DNA of 64,000 bases from Heterodontus francisci (taxonomy: Eukaryota). The notes under the pieces were generated by a model that was given only the letters and a program-made list of their open reading frames with translations, did not search any database and had not been told where the DNA came from. Shown one piece after another: positions 1-12,534 of this stretch (the first letter of the stretch is position 1; the number at the start of each line of letters is the position of its first letter). Location: assembly GCF_036365525.1 (NCBI RefSeq), contig NC_090374.1:195925037-195989036 (forward strand), given 5' to 3'. The position numbers and the translations under genes were made by a program.

Positions 1-687
1 ATTTTTCAAGTCCAGGCAACATCCTCGTAAATCTCCTCTGTACCCTCTCTGGTGCAATTACATCCTTTCTGTAATGAAGTGACCAGAACTGCACACTGTA
101 TTCAAGTTGTGGCCTAACCAATGAATTATACAGTTCCAGCATATCCTTGCTGCTCTTGTATTCTATACCTCGGCCAATAAAGGAAAGGATTCCAAATGCC
201 TTCTTAATCACCTTATCGATCTGTCTTGCTACCTTCAGGGTTCTGTGGACATTCACTTCAAAGTCTCTCACTTCCTCTACAATTCTCTCAGTATTTTCCC
301 ATTGATCATGTATTCCTTTTCCTTGTTTGACCTCCCGAAATGCATCACCTCACACTTCTCCAAGTTGAATTCTACTTTTCTGCCCATCTGACCAGACCAT
401 CAATATCTTCCTGCAGCCTACAGCTATCCTCCCCGCAATGTACCACACGGTCAATCTTGGTGTCATCCAAAAACTTCTTGATCATGCCCCCTACATTATG
501 TTCAAATTGTTAATATACACCACAAAAAGCAGGGGACCCAGTACTGAGCCCCGCAGAATGCCCTCCAGTCGCTAAAACAGCCGTCAACATTTACCCTTTG
601 TTTCTTGCCATTAGGCTAACTTTGTATTCACCTTGCTGCATTTCCTTGGATCCCATGTGATTTTATTTTTTTAACCAGTCTGTCATG
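1..687 (-). mobile_element. CR1 LINE ORF2 (RT, C-terminal part) fragment, runs off window start
   Basis: Minus strand reads LVRPQLEYSVQFWSLHYRKDVIAPERVQRRFTRMLPGL near 10-120 and xDDTKID near 450-472; contains stops and frameshifts. Confidence 0.9.
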
Positions 688-874
688 CAGGGAGGGCACC
701 TTCTAAAACAGTGGCGGGGGCTGTTTCCTCCGAGGGGAATCTGTACCAATGGAGGGCCCCCTCTGGGAAACAGTTCACCCCCCAGGACTCCCCTCCTGCT
801 GGACTGCATGATCACCCCCTTGCCCCCCATGCAAACATCTGATTTACTAAATCTGTTCGGCAGGAAGATACAGG

Positions 875-1593
875 GGGCTGAATTTTACCTGCTCGCCGCT
901 GAGATCGGCAGCGGACTTCAAAGATGGTGAGGCACACGTGAGGGATTTATTCTGTGGAGCCGCTGCGCTATTATACGTGGCGGCTCACTTACATGGCCAA
1001 GGCGCACTGCCCCTCTCCGCCCCACCCCTAATGATGTGGCGGGGGTGGGCACTCCGTCCCCGGCAACGGCTTCCGGCGCCACTGTGCAGGCACCATTTTT
1101 AAAGGGCTTCAAGCCCTTCCATTGCATTGAATTTTTAAAGTATATACATCATAAAATTAAAGTAAAAACTTTAACAAAATATTCAAGCCCCTCTCCCACC
1201 GCCCCCCATGGCTGAACAATTTATTAATTTATTAATTGCCCTCCCCCCCCCAAAAAAAAACTTATCTTGCTATCCCAACCTTCCCCCCGAAAAGTTTATT
1301 AACTTTTACCTTCAACCCCTTCCCCCATCCCCTCCACCAATAGCAATAGATTTTCCCACTCCACCACCCCCCCCCCCGCCCCCAACTCCCTGAAAACTTA
1401 CCTTCTCCCCCTCCCAACCACTGTACCGCCTCAGAACTCTGAAGGCGTGGAAATCCCGGCAACCTACCTGAATATTGCAGCAGGATGGCTGATGGGAGCA
1501 GGTAGGTCATGCCGGAGGCATTTTCCACGCACCCCCCCTCCCCCCCCCCCACACCACGACCCCCAACATTGGGGGGCCGGTAAAATTCAGCCC
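875..1593. mobile_element. Non-autonomous PIF/Harbinger-type MITE
   Basis: Perfect 15-bp TIR GGGCTGAATTTTACC (875-889) / GGTAAAATTCAGCCC (1579-1593); no coding capacity; TIR resembles that of the element at 28048-33234. Confidence 0.8.
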
Positions 1594-2864
1594 TGGAAAA
1601 TGTGTCTTCCTGGTAGACCTGGTAGTTTAGTGAATGTGGCAGTGACACTGGGGTTAATGGCAGCGCACAGCACCTGTACTTTGTGAACTATCAACTCAAA
1701 TGCCAAGCATGGTCATCAAATTTTGTAACTACTTAAAAAAAAGGCTATTTGTTTGAAAAACAAAAGTCTCCAGCAAATCCTTTTTAAACTGATAACTGAA
1801 GGTACTAAATCTGTTGAAATTAATCATCAGATCACTGGTGCACAATGTAATTGTCGAAAGTATGACACATGGCTCAGTTGCTTTTTCTCATTAAAGCAAA
1901 GATTCTATGAGATCAAACCCAAGTAATGTCTCCCTCTTTCTTGGTCAAGCATGCAATCTCCCTCTCTCTCTGAAAATCCATGTTCGTTTCCCATAACATA
2001 CACCAACTGATTTATTCTTTGAGTAAAAAATTCAGAAGTGAATTAGAACACATAAGTTGTGATCATTCGACATAAAATGCTTATGTCATGGGTACATCAA
2101 ATCATCATATAGTTTATGTTTAACATTCTGATGTCAGAAACTTGCATAACATTACCAATTCGACTCAATAAATGCAATATTCATTCCTTAAATCTACTAT
2201 CTTAAATATTAAGGTGTGATAATTTGATAGTAACTTTCAGCAATTATATGGGTTTTCAGCAATTTTTCATTTGGAATCTAGACATTTTCTTGAAGCTTTT
2301 GCCTAATTTAACAATACTCCAAATTTCCATCCATCTAATTTGCATGTCTCTCTGAATGCTGATTTTCTACTGCTTCTTTACCCGAAACAATCTGTTAGCA
2401 TGGGCGGCCACATACAAATCCATTTTGCCAACCTCCCAACTTGATTTATAAGATGTGATTTAAGAAGTGTTCTCAGTAATTTACCTATGGGTGAGATTTT
2501 TTGATTCAGAAATCAGCCTATATTAAAATCTTTATTTTCAGTGATTATTTTGTATGCTGCAATGTGGTTTTTAAATCATAACTTAATTACATTGCATTTG
2601 TTTTCAAACACAATGGGGCCTTATTTTAACAATCTGTTACAACCAACTTTGCCTGTAAAACAAGGGTTTTCTCTGGTCCCAGTGAAAACTCCATAACAAT
2701 GAAAACTGAAGCTTAGATCTTGACCTTACGAAGCCTTGACAAGAGAAATTGCTTTGCCAAAACCCAAGAGGTTCTAAGAACAAGCTTTGATGGTATAACT
2801 TTATCACAATGAATTAACTGTGTGCACCTCCAACTTCACTTCTAGATCACTGACAACTCACATC

Positions 2865-3745
2865 AATAAACGACATCAATTTCCACATGTACACTGACGA
2901 CACCCAGTTCTACCTTACCATCACCTCTCTCAATCTCTCCATTCTCTCTAAATTGTCAAACTAGATGGGCAGAAATTTCCTCCAACTAATTATTGGGAAG
3001 ACCAAAACCTTTGCCTTCAGTCCCCCGCCACAAACTCTGTTCCCTAGGTATCCTTTCCCTCGCAACTGTCTGAGGCTGAACCACCTGGTTTGCAAATATG
3101 GTGTCACATCTGACTCCAACATGAGTTCCAACAACATATTTGCAACATCCCTATAACTCCCAATTTCCACCTCTAATTTCACCCAACTCAGCTCTTCTGC
3201 TGCTGAAACCCTCATCCACGCCTTTGTTACCTCTAGACATCACTATTCCAACATGGTCCTGGCCAGCCTCCCATGTTCTACTCTCTGTAAAATTGAAGTC
3301 ATCCAAAACTCTGCTGCCTGTGTCTTAACTTGCACCAAGTTCCAGTCACCTATCATCTGCTGACCTATAATGGTTCCTGCTCAAGCAGAACTTCAATGGT
3401 CTCGCACCCACCACCCCCACCCCCCATCTCTGTAATTTCCTCCAGCCCGACAACCCTCCAAGATCTTTGCCTCTTCAGCATCCCCAATTTCAATCACTCC
3501 ACCATATAGGCCATGCCTTCACTTGCCAAGGTCCTCAGCTCCGGAATTCCGTCTTTAAACCTCGCTGCTTCCTGATCTCGTCCTCCCTTTAAAACACTCC
3601 TTAAAACCTCTCTCTTTGACCAAGCTTTTGGTTAACTGCACCAATATATTCTTATGTGGCTTGGTGTCAAATTTTGTTTGATAGTGCTCCTGTGTAGAAT
3701 ATGTTACTACGTTAAAGATGCTATATAAATACAATTTGTTGTTTT
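2865..3745 (+). mobile_element. L2 LINE 3' fragment
   Basis: YTDDTQFY (RT YADD motif), IGKTKTF and the L2-type tail CTCCTTAAAACC..CTCTTTGACCAAGCTTTTGG...CTATATAAATACAATTTGTTG. Confidence 0.85.
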
Positions 3746-4704
3746 GATAGCTTGGACAATTCTATGTAGGTGCAATTCGACAATTACATTAGGAAAAATG
3801 TTGCGTTTCAATTGGAACCTGCATTTAAGTCATCAATGTATGATAAGTAAGCAAGCAATATTTGGAAAAGAATCCATTTAAGACATTGACTGAAGACAAT
3901 TTTCCTTTTCTGTGCTGGCACCAGCATCATCTTGAAGCAACATCATATGCAGCGAGCCCATGCAAATCACTGTGTGACAAATAACCTGAGATGGGAAGTA
4001 CTGCTCTTCTATACATTGCAGGAAAATTGAAATCCTGCTGAAGTACTTGTAATCAAAACATGATTTTGATGATGATTGTTTCAGGACCCAAGATAAAATA
4101 AGCTCTGGTATTACTCTAATTCCCAGCTGTCGTATCTCAAAAAGTGTCCTTAATTTGGCACAATTGCTACTAATTAGAAAATCTTATTCAAAGCAGTTCG
4201 CAGAAAGGCTTATGTGGGAAATGCATTGGTCAAGTGGGAATGCTCTTTATTTTTACACTCGTCTTTTTAAGTCCCCTTGCACTGTGCATGATTTCCCAGA
4301 TTCTTATGGTTTCGTTCCCCACCTTGTAAGGAAGGCCTCACTTAGCCTCTTCCTTATACAGGCCTTTGATGGCATTAGTGCAGTCAGACAATAATCTCCC
4401 ATCATGTTAATATATGCTAATGTGAGAGTAGCTTTTAGCCAACATGGAAAATTACAAGCACAAACCTACATTCTGTAATTCTATTACTGTTACAACCTGT
4501 TGCACCACTATTACTTTAAGGCTGATCCTCTGAAATTAGAGTTAAGGCAGTTAGCCCGAGTTGTCATTTTCTACAATCACAAATCTTATCTGCATGAATA
4601 TTAAAAATAACCCTACAACAATAAGTGCAAATAGAAAACTTGTGGCACAGTTTGTGCCTGCAACTCTTATTCCCAGCATAAAGTAATGATCAATGACCAC
4701 GCTA

Positions 4705-5107
4705 GTCAGCCATAGCCCAGTGATCATGCTCTCACCTCCGAGCCTGAAGATTACTGCTTCAAGTTTCAATTCAGAGGCCGACGGACACTTCAGTACAGTA
4801 CTTAGGGAGTGCCACACTGAGTTTCAGATGAGACGTTAAACCGAGGCCCTGGCTGCCTTCTCAGGTGGACAGGAAAGATCGCATGGCACAATTTCAAAGA
4901 ACAACAACAGAGTTTGCCCTGATATCCTGGCCAACATTTATCCCTCAACCAGCATCACAAAAAAATCTACTCATTATCACAATGCTGTAAACTTGCTGTG
5001 CACAAATTGGTTGCCATGTTTCCTACATCACAACAATATTTCAAAAGTACTTCACTGGCTGTAAAGTGCTTTCGGATGTTGTGAAAGGCTATACGAAGGA
5101 AAGTTTT
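4705..5107 (+). mobile_element. Deu-domain SINE (SacSINE1/AmnSINE1-like), degenerate
   Basis: Central TTTCAGATGAGACGTTAAACCGAGGCCC...CTCAGGTGGAC..AAAGATC.CATGGCAC block; L2-like tail; homologous to 5366-5615. Confidence 0.75.
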
Positions 5108-5365
5108 AAAAAAAATCTTCTGTGTTAAAAACAGTGATGCACTAAAGTTATGCATTTTCCCCCTCTGATCTGCATACTGTACCACAACTCCACTTACTAA
5201 ACTCTCTCCTTTTGGTTTCTTTCCCCAGATTAATGTTTTTGACTTATCCACATTGAACTGCTGGTGCTATATCGTGACAGCTCCTTGAAAGATCCAGATT
5301 TTGTATTTAATTTGCATTATTTATTTTTAAAGTAACTGCTCTACAGTGTCTTTATTTATTAAAGT

Positions 5366-5615
5366 GTCAGCTGTGACTTAGTGGTAACAGCATTGCCTCA
5401 ATCCAAAATGGTGTGGGTTCAAGTCCCACTCCAGGACTTGAGCACAAAAATCAAGGCTGATATTCCAGTGCAATACTGAGAGAGTATTTCACTGTCAGAG
5501 GTGATGTCTTTCAGATGGGACATTAAACTGAGGTCCGTCTGCCCTCTTGGTGGGTGTAAAAGATCCCATGGCACTCTTTCAAAGAACAGCAGGGGAGTTA
5601 TCCCTGATGCCCTTG
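5366..5615 (+). mobile_element. Deu-domain SINE, tRNA-derived head, 3'-truncated
   Basis: A-box-like TGTGACTTAGTGG, B-box GGTTCAAGTCC, then the same Deu block as 4705-5107. Confidence 0.8.
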
Positions 5616-5620
5616 CATCA

Positions 5621-5797
5621 GGGGGGAGGGGGAAGGGTAGAGGGGGAGGGGGAAGGGTAGAGGGGGAGGGGGAAGGGTAGAGGGGGAGGGGGAAGGGTAG
5701 AGGGGGAGGGGGAAGGGTAGAGGGGGAGGGGGAAGGGTAGAGGGGGAGGGGGAAGGGTAGAGGGGGAGGGGGAAGGGTAGAGGGGGAGGGGGAAGGG
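5621..5797 (+). repeat. Perfect 20-bp purine-rich minisatellite (AGGGGGAGGGGGAAGGGTAG)n, about 8-9 units
   Basis: Units are directly visible and essentially identical. Confidence 0.95.
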
Positions 5798-5889
5798 GGA
5801 ATGTTGAGAGGGAGAGGTTGAGGGGGAGAGGGGGGGAAAGATGATGGTGGCAGGGTGGATGTTAAGTGCAGGGGGAGGGTGGTTCAGGA

Positions 5890-6260
5890 AGTTGCAGGTT
5901 TTCCTGATGGGGGCCCTTGATAAGCCATAGATTGCTCATACTGGAGGGCCTACTCTCCGCCAAGCCCACAGCGAGGTTGCCTTGTTTTACTGTGCAACCT
6001 CCCCACATGGCAGAGGCCCAACCCCCCGAGGTCCCGGTTAAATCCCAGCGAAGGCAGTAAGAGACCCTTCAGTGGCCATTAATAGGTAATTTAAGGGATT
6101 CAATTGGCCTCCGGGCGGGAAGGCCGCAGTAGACCTATCCACGCCCGACAAAACTGCATTGCAACGGGAGGCGATGGTCCCTCCACCCCACCTCCTTACA
6201 TAATTCTACGGGCCCCCTCGCCTCCAAACCCCTCTCAGGGGGGCCCATAAAATTCAACCC
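5890..6260 (-). mobile_element. Harbinger-type MITE fragment (one end retained)
   Basis: Ends TAAAATTCAACCC (about 6248-6260); internal sequence is the reverse complement of 45795-45850 (TTAATxGGCCACTxAAGGG...CGCTGG). Confidence 0.6.
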
Positions 6261-7999
6261 ATAGTCTCTATGTTGAGTACAAATAACTACCATCTACAAA
6301 ATTTCCACTTGAGAGGCACTATCTAATTATTATTAATGTAAAACATCATCTTTGGTTTTACTACTGATTTGCATCACCTTGATGAGCATAAAATTGTGCA
6401 CAAACAACTTGACCAGTCTCAGTTGTACAAACATTTAAGGCCTTCAAGGCAGATTACCTGGCAGAAGGTGGGCAGTTTTGCTTTTAATCTGGTCACAAAG
6501 ATATGTATAAGAACAGCATAACTTCCTCTCATTTTTTTGAACTTACAGCTCACTGCTCTGTAGGGCCACACAATGGTAGCACCATAATGTTTCTTATAAA
6601 AAACAAATTTTAAGAGCAACTGGCAAAAGATCAGATATCAGGTTATGAGGAATCATTATTTAACAGTATTGCCAACACTTGCAATATTCTTCAGAATGTA
6701 TTCATTTTGAGACAGTTCGAAGGCATAGAAGGGAGGTTTTTTTTTAAACTGTCTCCTTCCCTTGTAATCTTGCAAATTGTGCGCATTTAAAAAAAAGGTG
6801 CAAAATTTAAAAAAATTCCAAGTGTTCAAGTCCAAAGCCAATGCCACAATATTCAACACAGTATAAAGGCTGAGATGATAAGAATGCAACTGAAGCACAA
6901 CAGTAGAAATATATTAACGAGACATAATGAGTAGATGATGCCACAATTGCACTCAGTTATTTGAAGGAAAAACTGAAGTATGGACTCAATATCCATTCTT
7001 AGAATGGTTATAAAACTAACTATTGTTTTAGAATAAGTCATTCAGCTTTTTAATGACTCAGTTCAGGCTCTCATAAGCTCATGTCAATCCTATGCTCATT
7101 AAGATAATGACATACACAGAAAAGATTTGAATTAGATATCCTAAGCATTTCAAGTTTTGCACCAGTATACAGCTATGACAGCTCATAGGTAATTCAAAGT
7201 CATTGCATGGAAACAGGAGGAGATGCACAATGAATACAAACTAAATGTAAAATGCTTAAATTATGTATTTTGATGCTATAAGATTCATTAGAGAGTATTG
7301 TGGCTAATTAGGAGTGAGTTACAAGGATGTAATCTTATCCAAAAGCTGCGAGGTTGCTGTTTCTCAGAGTCTTGAAAAATCCAGCCTCCACTGTCTCAAA
7401 CCACCTTAGATATGTCAAAGAATCTAGGACCAGGCAACAACCACAAACATGGGCCATCGCAGGATACAGAAACAATAGGAGAATCATCTCAGTTCAAGAG
7501 GTGTTAAGTGACACCCAGCATGCCAAGGAAATCACTCACTCCTACCACCAAAGGACTACCAAGAATGAGCACTAAGATTGGTACAACAGCACACAGGTTG
7601 GGGAAAGACAAACCAGCTACATAAATTAATTTTAGGGAATTAAATATGTTTTCATTTTATTTCAACAGTATGCAGAGAATATATTGGTCCTGATTTTAAC
7701 TCTGTGCAAGTGAGTGGGTTTTGAATGAGTTAAAATCTCACCCGACATTTCTAATGATATACAATAAGGCATGAGCTAATCAAAGGATGAGAGTTCATAG
7801 CACTGTCGAAGTCAATTTGGTGAAATGTATTGGGCATTGTGTACATGAGGGGAGGACGTATCTCAGATGCTATCACTTCTGGTCATTTAACCATCTCCTG
7901 TTCTCCACTTAATCGTTTTGCAGCTCATTCTTCTCCATTTGTGTCAATTTTTTCTCTCCCCTTTCCCTCTTACAAGTTGTTCATCTGTAATATCAACCA

Positions 8000-10190
8000 T
8001 ACATATGAACATACAAATTAGGAGTAGTCGTCCACCCGGCCCCTCAAGCCTGTTCCGCCATTCAATAAGTTCATGACTCAAATGATTACTCCACATTCCC
8101 ACCTATCCCCAATAACCTTTCACCCCCTTGCTTATCAAGAATCTATCTACCTCTGCCTTAAACATATTCAAAGACTCTGCTTCCACCGCCTTTTGAGGAA
8201 GAGAGTTTCAAAGACTTACAACCCTGAGAGAGAAATATTTTCTCCTCATCTCTGTCTTAAATGGGCAACACCTTATTTTTTAAACAGTGACTGCTAGTTT
8301 GAGATCCTTCCACAAGAGGAAACATCCTCTCCACATCCACCCCTCAGGATCTTAGATGTTTCAATCAGGTTGCTTCTTCCTCTTCTAAATTCCAGCAGAA
8401 ACAAGCCTAGCCTGTCCAATCTTTCCTCATATGATAGCCAGCCCATTCTAGGTATTAGTCTAGTAAACCTTCTCTGAACTGCTTCCAACGCATTTACATC
8501 CTTCCTAAATAAGGAGACAATACTGCACACAGTACTCCAGATGTGGTCTCACCAATGCCCTGTATAGCTGAAGCATAACCTCCCTACTTTGGTATTCAAT
8601 TCTCCTCACGATAAACGATAACATTCTATTAGCTTTCCTAATTATGTGCTGTACCTGCATACTAATCTTTTGCGATTCATGCACTCGGACACCCAGATCC
8701 CTCTGCATCTCAGAGCTCTGCAATCTCTCACCATTTAGATAATATGCTTCTTTTTTATTCTTCCTGCCAAAATGGACAATTTCACATTTTTCCACATTAT
8801 ACTCCATTTGCCAGGTCTTTGTCCACTCACTTAGCCTATCTATATCCCTTTGTAGCCTCCTTTTGTCCTCTTCACAATTTACTTTCCTACCTATCTTTGT
8901 GTCATCAGCAAATTTAGCAACCATACCTTCAGTCCCTTCATCCAAGTCATTTATATCAATTGAGGCCCCAGCACAGTTCCCTATGGCCCACAACTTGTTA
9001 CATCTTGCCAAGCAGAAAATGGTTCATTTATGTCTACTCTCTGTTTCCTGTTGACTGACCAATCTTCTATCCAGGCCAATATGTTACTCCCTACACCATG
9101 AGATTTTATTTTTTGCAATAACCTTTGATGGGGCACCTTATCAAATGCCTTCTGGAAATCTAAGTACAATACATCCACCGGTTCCCCTTCATCCACAGCA
9201 CATGTTACTTCTTCAAAGAACTCCAATAAATTGGTTAAACATGATTTCCCTTTCACAAAAGTGGCGCAGTGGTTAGCACCGCAGCCTCACATCTGCAGGG
9301 AGCCGGGTTCGATTCCGGGTACTGCCTGTGTGGAGTTTGCAAGTTCTCCCTGTGTCTGCGTGGGTTTTCTCCGGGTGCTCCGGTTTCCTCCCACAAGCCA
9401 AAAGACTTGCAGGTTGATAGGTAAATTGGCCATTATAAATTGTCACCAGTATAGGTAGGTGGTAGGGAAATATAGGGACAGTTGGGGATGTTTGTTGGGA
9501 ATGTAGGATTAGTATAAATGGGTGGTTGATGTTCGGCACAGACTCGGTGGGCCGAAGGGCCTGTTTCAGTGCTGTATCTCTAATCTAATCTAAAAAAACT
9601 ATGCTGACTCTGCCTGATTACCTTGAATTGTTCGAAGTGCCCTGCTACAATGTCCTTAATAATAGCTTCTAACATTTTCCCCAAGACAGATGTTAAGCTA
9701 ATTGGCCTGTTGTTTCCTGTTTTCCTCCCTTTTTGATTAAAGGAGTTACATCTGTTATTTTCCAATCTAATGGAAACTTCCCCGAATCCAGGGAATTTTG
9801 GAAAATTTAAACTATCAATTATCTCACTCGCCACTTCTTTCAACGCCCTAGGATGAAGTCCACCAGGACCCGGGGACTTGTCACCCCACAGCTCCAACAA
9901 TTTGCTCAGTGCCACTTCCCTGGTGATTCTAATTTTCTTGAGTTCCTCCCTCCCTTCCATTTCATGATTTAGAGCTATTTCTGGGATGTTACTAGTATCC
10001 TCTATAGTGAAGACTGATGCAAAATACCTGTTCAATTCATCTGCCATCTCCTTATTATCCATTATTAATTCCCCAGACTCACTTTCTATAGGACCAATGC
10101 TCACGTTATTAACTCTTTTTTTTTTTTAGATATCTATAGAAACTCTTACTATCTGTATTTATATTTCTAGCTAGCTTTCTCTTGTACTCG
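8000..10190 (-). mobile_element. CR1 LINE, 5'-truncated (RT and 3'UTR), interrupted by a V-SINE
   Basis: ORF pieces 9580-10104, 8981-9256 (KGKSCLTNLLEFFE, YLDFQKAFDKVPH), 8505-9011 (KFADDTKIG) and 8294-8530. Confidence 0.95.
9261..9592 (+). mobile_element. V-domain SINE (HE1-like), near full length
   Basis: A box TGGCGCAGTGG, B box GGTTCGATTCC, V-domain GTGTGGAGTTTGCA..TTCTCC..GTGTCTGCGTGGGTTT.CTCCGGGTGCTCCGGTTTCCTCCCACA, CR1-like tail ending (TCTAA)n. Confidence 0.92.
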
Positions 10191-10199
10191 AATCTTGCA

Positions 10200-10292
10200 G
10201 TTTTGTCAAGTGTTTATATCTGAAACATGAATACTTTCCTTGTCTTTACAGATGCTGCCTGATCTCCCGAATATTTCCAGCTTTTTTTTTTT
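10200..10292 (+). mobile_element. Degenerate Penelope 3'-end fragment
   Basis: TGAAACAT...ACAGATGCTGCCTGATCT..GAATATTTCCAGC resembles 30203-30265. Confidence 0.45.
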
Positions 10293-10419
10293 GTTTGATT
10301 TGTAACACCTTTGTTTATTGTCCTTTGTTTAGTTACAAGCGTTATAATTTGGTAAAAATTAGAAGAGCTTCTAACTCTTTAATTTCTAATGAGGCCCCTG
10401 CCACAGTATCAAAATATCT

Positions 10420-11880
10420 CTCATTAATGTCACAAATGACATCCTATGTGACAGTGAAAAAGGTAAACTATCCCTCCTCATCCATCTTGACCTGTTTGCT
10501 GCCTTTGACACATTTACCACACCATCCCCTCTCCAATGCCTCTCCGCTGTCGTCCAGCTGGGTGAGACAACACTCACCTGGTTCCATTCTTATTTATCCA
10601 TTCACAGCCAGAGAATCACATGCAATGGCAATTCTTCTCTGCACTTCCCACTGTTATCTCTGATGTTCCCCAAGGATCCATCCTTGGCCCTTCCTATTTC
10701 TGTACTACATGCTGCCCTTCAGCGACATCATCTGAAAACACGTAATTTGCCGCATGTCTGCTGAAAACACCCAGCTACCTCGCTCAGCCCCTCCAATGTC
10801 TCTAAACTGTCAGACTGTTTATCTGACATCCACTATTGGATGAGCAGAAATTTCCTCCAATTAAATATTGCAAAGACTGAAGCCATTGTCTTTGGACCCC
10901 ACCACAAACTTTGTTCCCTAGCCACTGACTTCATCCCTCTCCCTGGCAACTGTCTGAGACTGAATCAGACTGTTAACAAACCTGCTGTCATACTTGACCC
11001 CAAGATGAACTTCTGGCCCCATAACCACACCATCGTTAAGACCATCACTATACCATCTCTGTACCATTGCCTAACTACATCCCTGCCTCATAGAGTCATC
11101 GAGTTATACAGCACAGAAACAGGCCCTTCAGCCTATCATGTCTGTGCCAGCCATCAAGCACCTATCTATTCTCATCCCATGTTCCAGCATTTGGCCCGTA
11201 GCCTTGTATGCTATGGCTTTTCAAATGCTCATCTAACTACTTCAGAAATGTTGTGAGGGTTCCTGCCTCTACCACTCCTTCAGGTAGTGTTCCAGATTAA
11301 ACCACCCTCTGGGTGATTTTTTCCCCCTCAAATCCCCTCTAAACCTCTTGCCCCTTACCTTAAATCTGTGCCCCCTGGTTATTGATCCCTCCACTAAAGG
11401 AAAAAGTTTCTTCCTATCTATCCTATCAATGCCCCTCATAATTTTGTATACCTCTATCTGGTCCCCCTCAGCCTTCTCTGCTCTCAGGAAAACAACTTCA
11501 GATTATCTGTTGCTGAAACAATCACCTCGACTGTAAAATTCTAATCCTCGTTTTCAAATCCCTCCCTTCAAATCCCCACATCCCTTCTGTCCTACAAACC
11601 TCCAAGTTCTTTGTACTCTTCCAATGCTGACCGCTTCCACATCCCTAATTTTAATTGTCTTCACCGACCAAGGTCCTAATCTCTAGAATTCCCTGCTATA
11701 TCCTCTTTTTTCTCCTTTAGAAAACAGCCCTTAAAACCTACCTCTTTTACCAAGCTTTTGGTCATCTGCCTTGATAGCTCCTTACGTGGCTTGCCGTCAA
11801 ATATTCATTAATAATGCTTTTGTGAAATACCTTGGGATGTTTTACTACATCAAAGATGCAATATAATTACAAGTTTAAAA
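10420..11880 (+). mobile_element. L2 LINE RT/3' fragment interrupted by a CR1 3' end
   Basis: VPQGSILGP-like motif at about 10665, WMSRNFLQLNIAKTEAIVFG, and the same tail as 2865-3745. Confidence 0.85.
11089..11497 (-). mobile_element. CR1 3' end fragment nested in L2
   Basis: ACAGCACAGAAACAGGCCCTTCAGCC tail; LNLCPLV (antisense of TRGHRFK) region. Confidence 0.85.
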
Positions 11881-12534
11881 AAAAAAAATCACTGGTCAGG
11901 AAGCGTATTCTGATTTTCCCAAGAAAACCTGAGCAGTAAAACTATGTACTCTCCAGGCACATTTCGTAAACATGCCCCAATTTCTAACAATGCAGTACAA
12001 ACTACCCTTAGCAATTGCAGAAATTATCTGGCATAAATACAACATTGGAGTCAGCAGCAGCAACTGTGGCTGATAAATCAAAGCGCCCAGGGTGGCGGGG
12101 GACATGGAAGAGCAGACTTGATTGTTGGCAGCAGCAGTCTACCTTTCACGGTGTATTCCAAAAAAGCAAGGAGTGACTTCACAGGACAGCAGATAATTGA
12201 GGGGTAACCTAATCGGAGACACCATCAGCAGTGGAGAATAAAAGACAGAGCAGGGGACCTGATAGCTATAATTCCAAAAAAGCAAGGAGTGAAGTTACAG
12301 AACAGCAGACGTGATACGCAGACCTGATCGGAGACACCAGCAGTGGCGGCAGAAGTAAAAAGAGTGAGCGAGCAGACCTGATTGGCATATTTTGAAAAAT
12401 AACAAGGAGTGACGTCAGAGGAGAGTGATTCATTGGTGAGTATTACTTTTATTTAAAACTAGCGCAGTGCTTTAAACTAGGATCAGCAAACTATAAAGTT
12501 TGGTAGTTCAGAACTTGAGTATTGCTGCAAATAG

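Noticed and set aside
9261-9325. tRNA genes (A/B boxes here and at 5370, 38700, 48230)
   Set aside because: These are SINE heads continuing into V or Deu domains; no acceptor stem or terminator
12155-12420. CRISPR-like repeat-spacer pattern
   Set aside because: The 'spacers' are homologous to each other, so this is a tandem repeat; the context is eukaryotic with no cas genes
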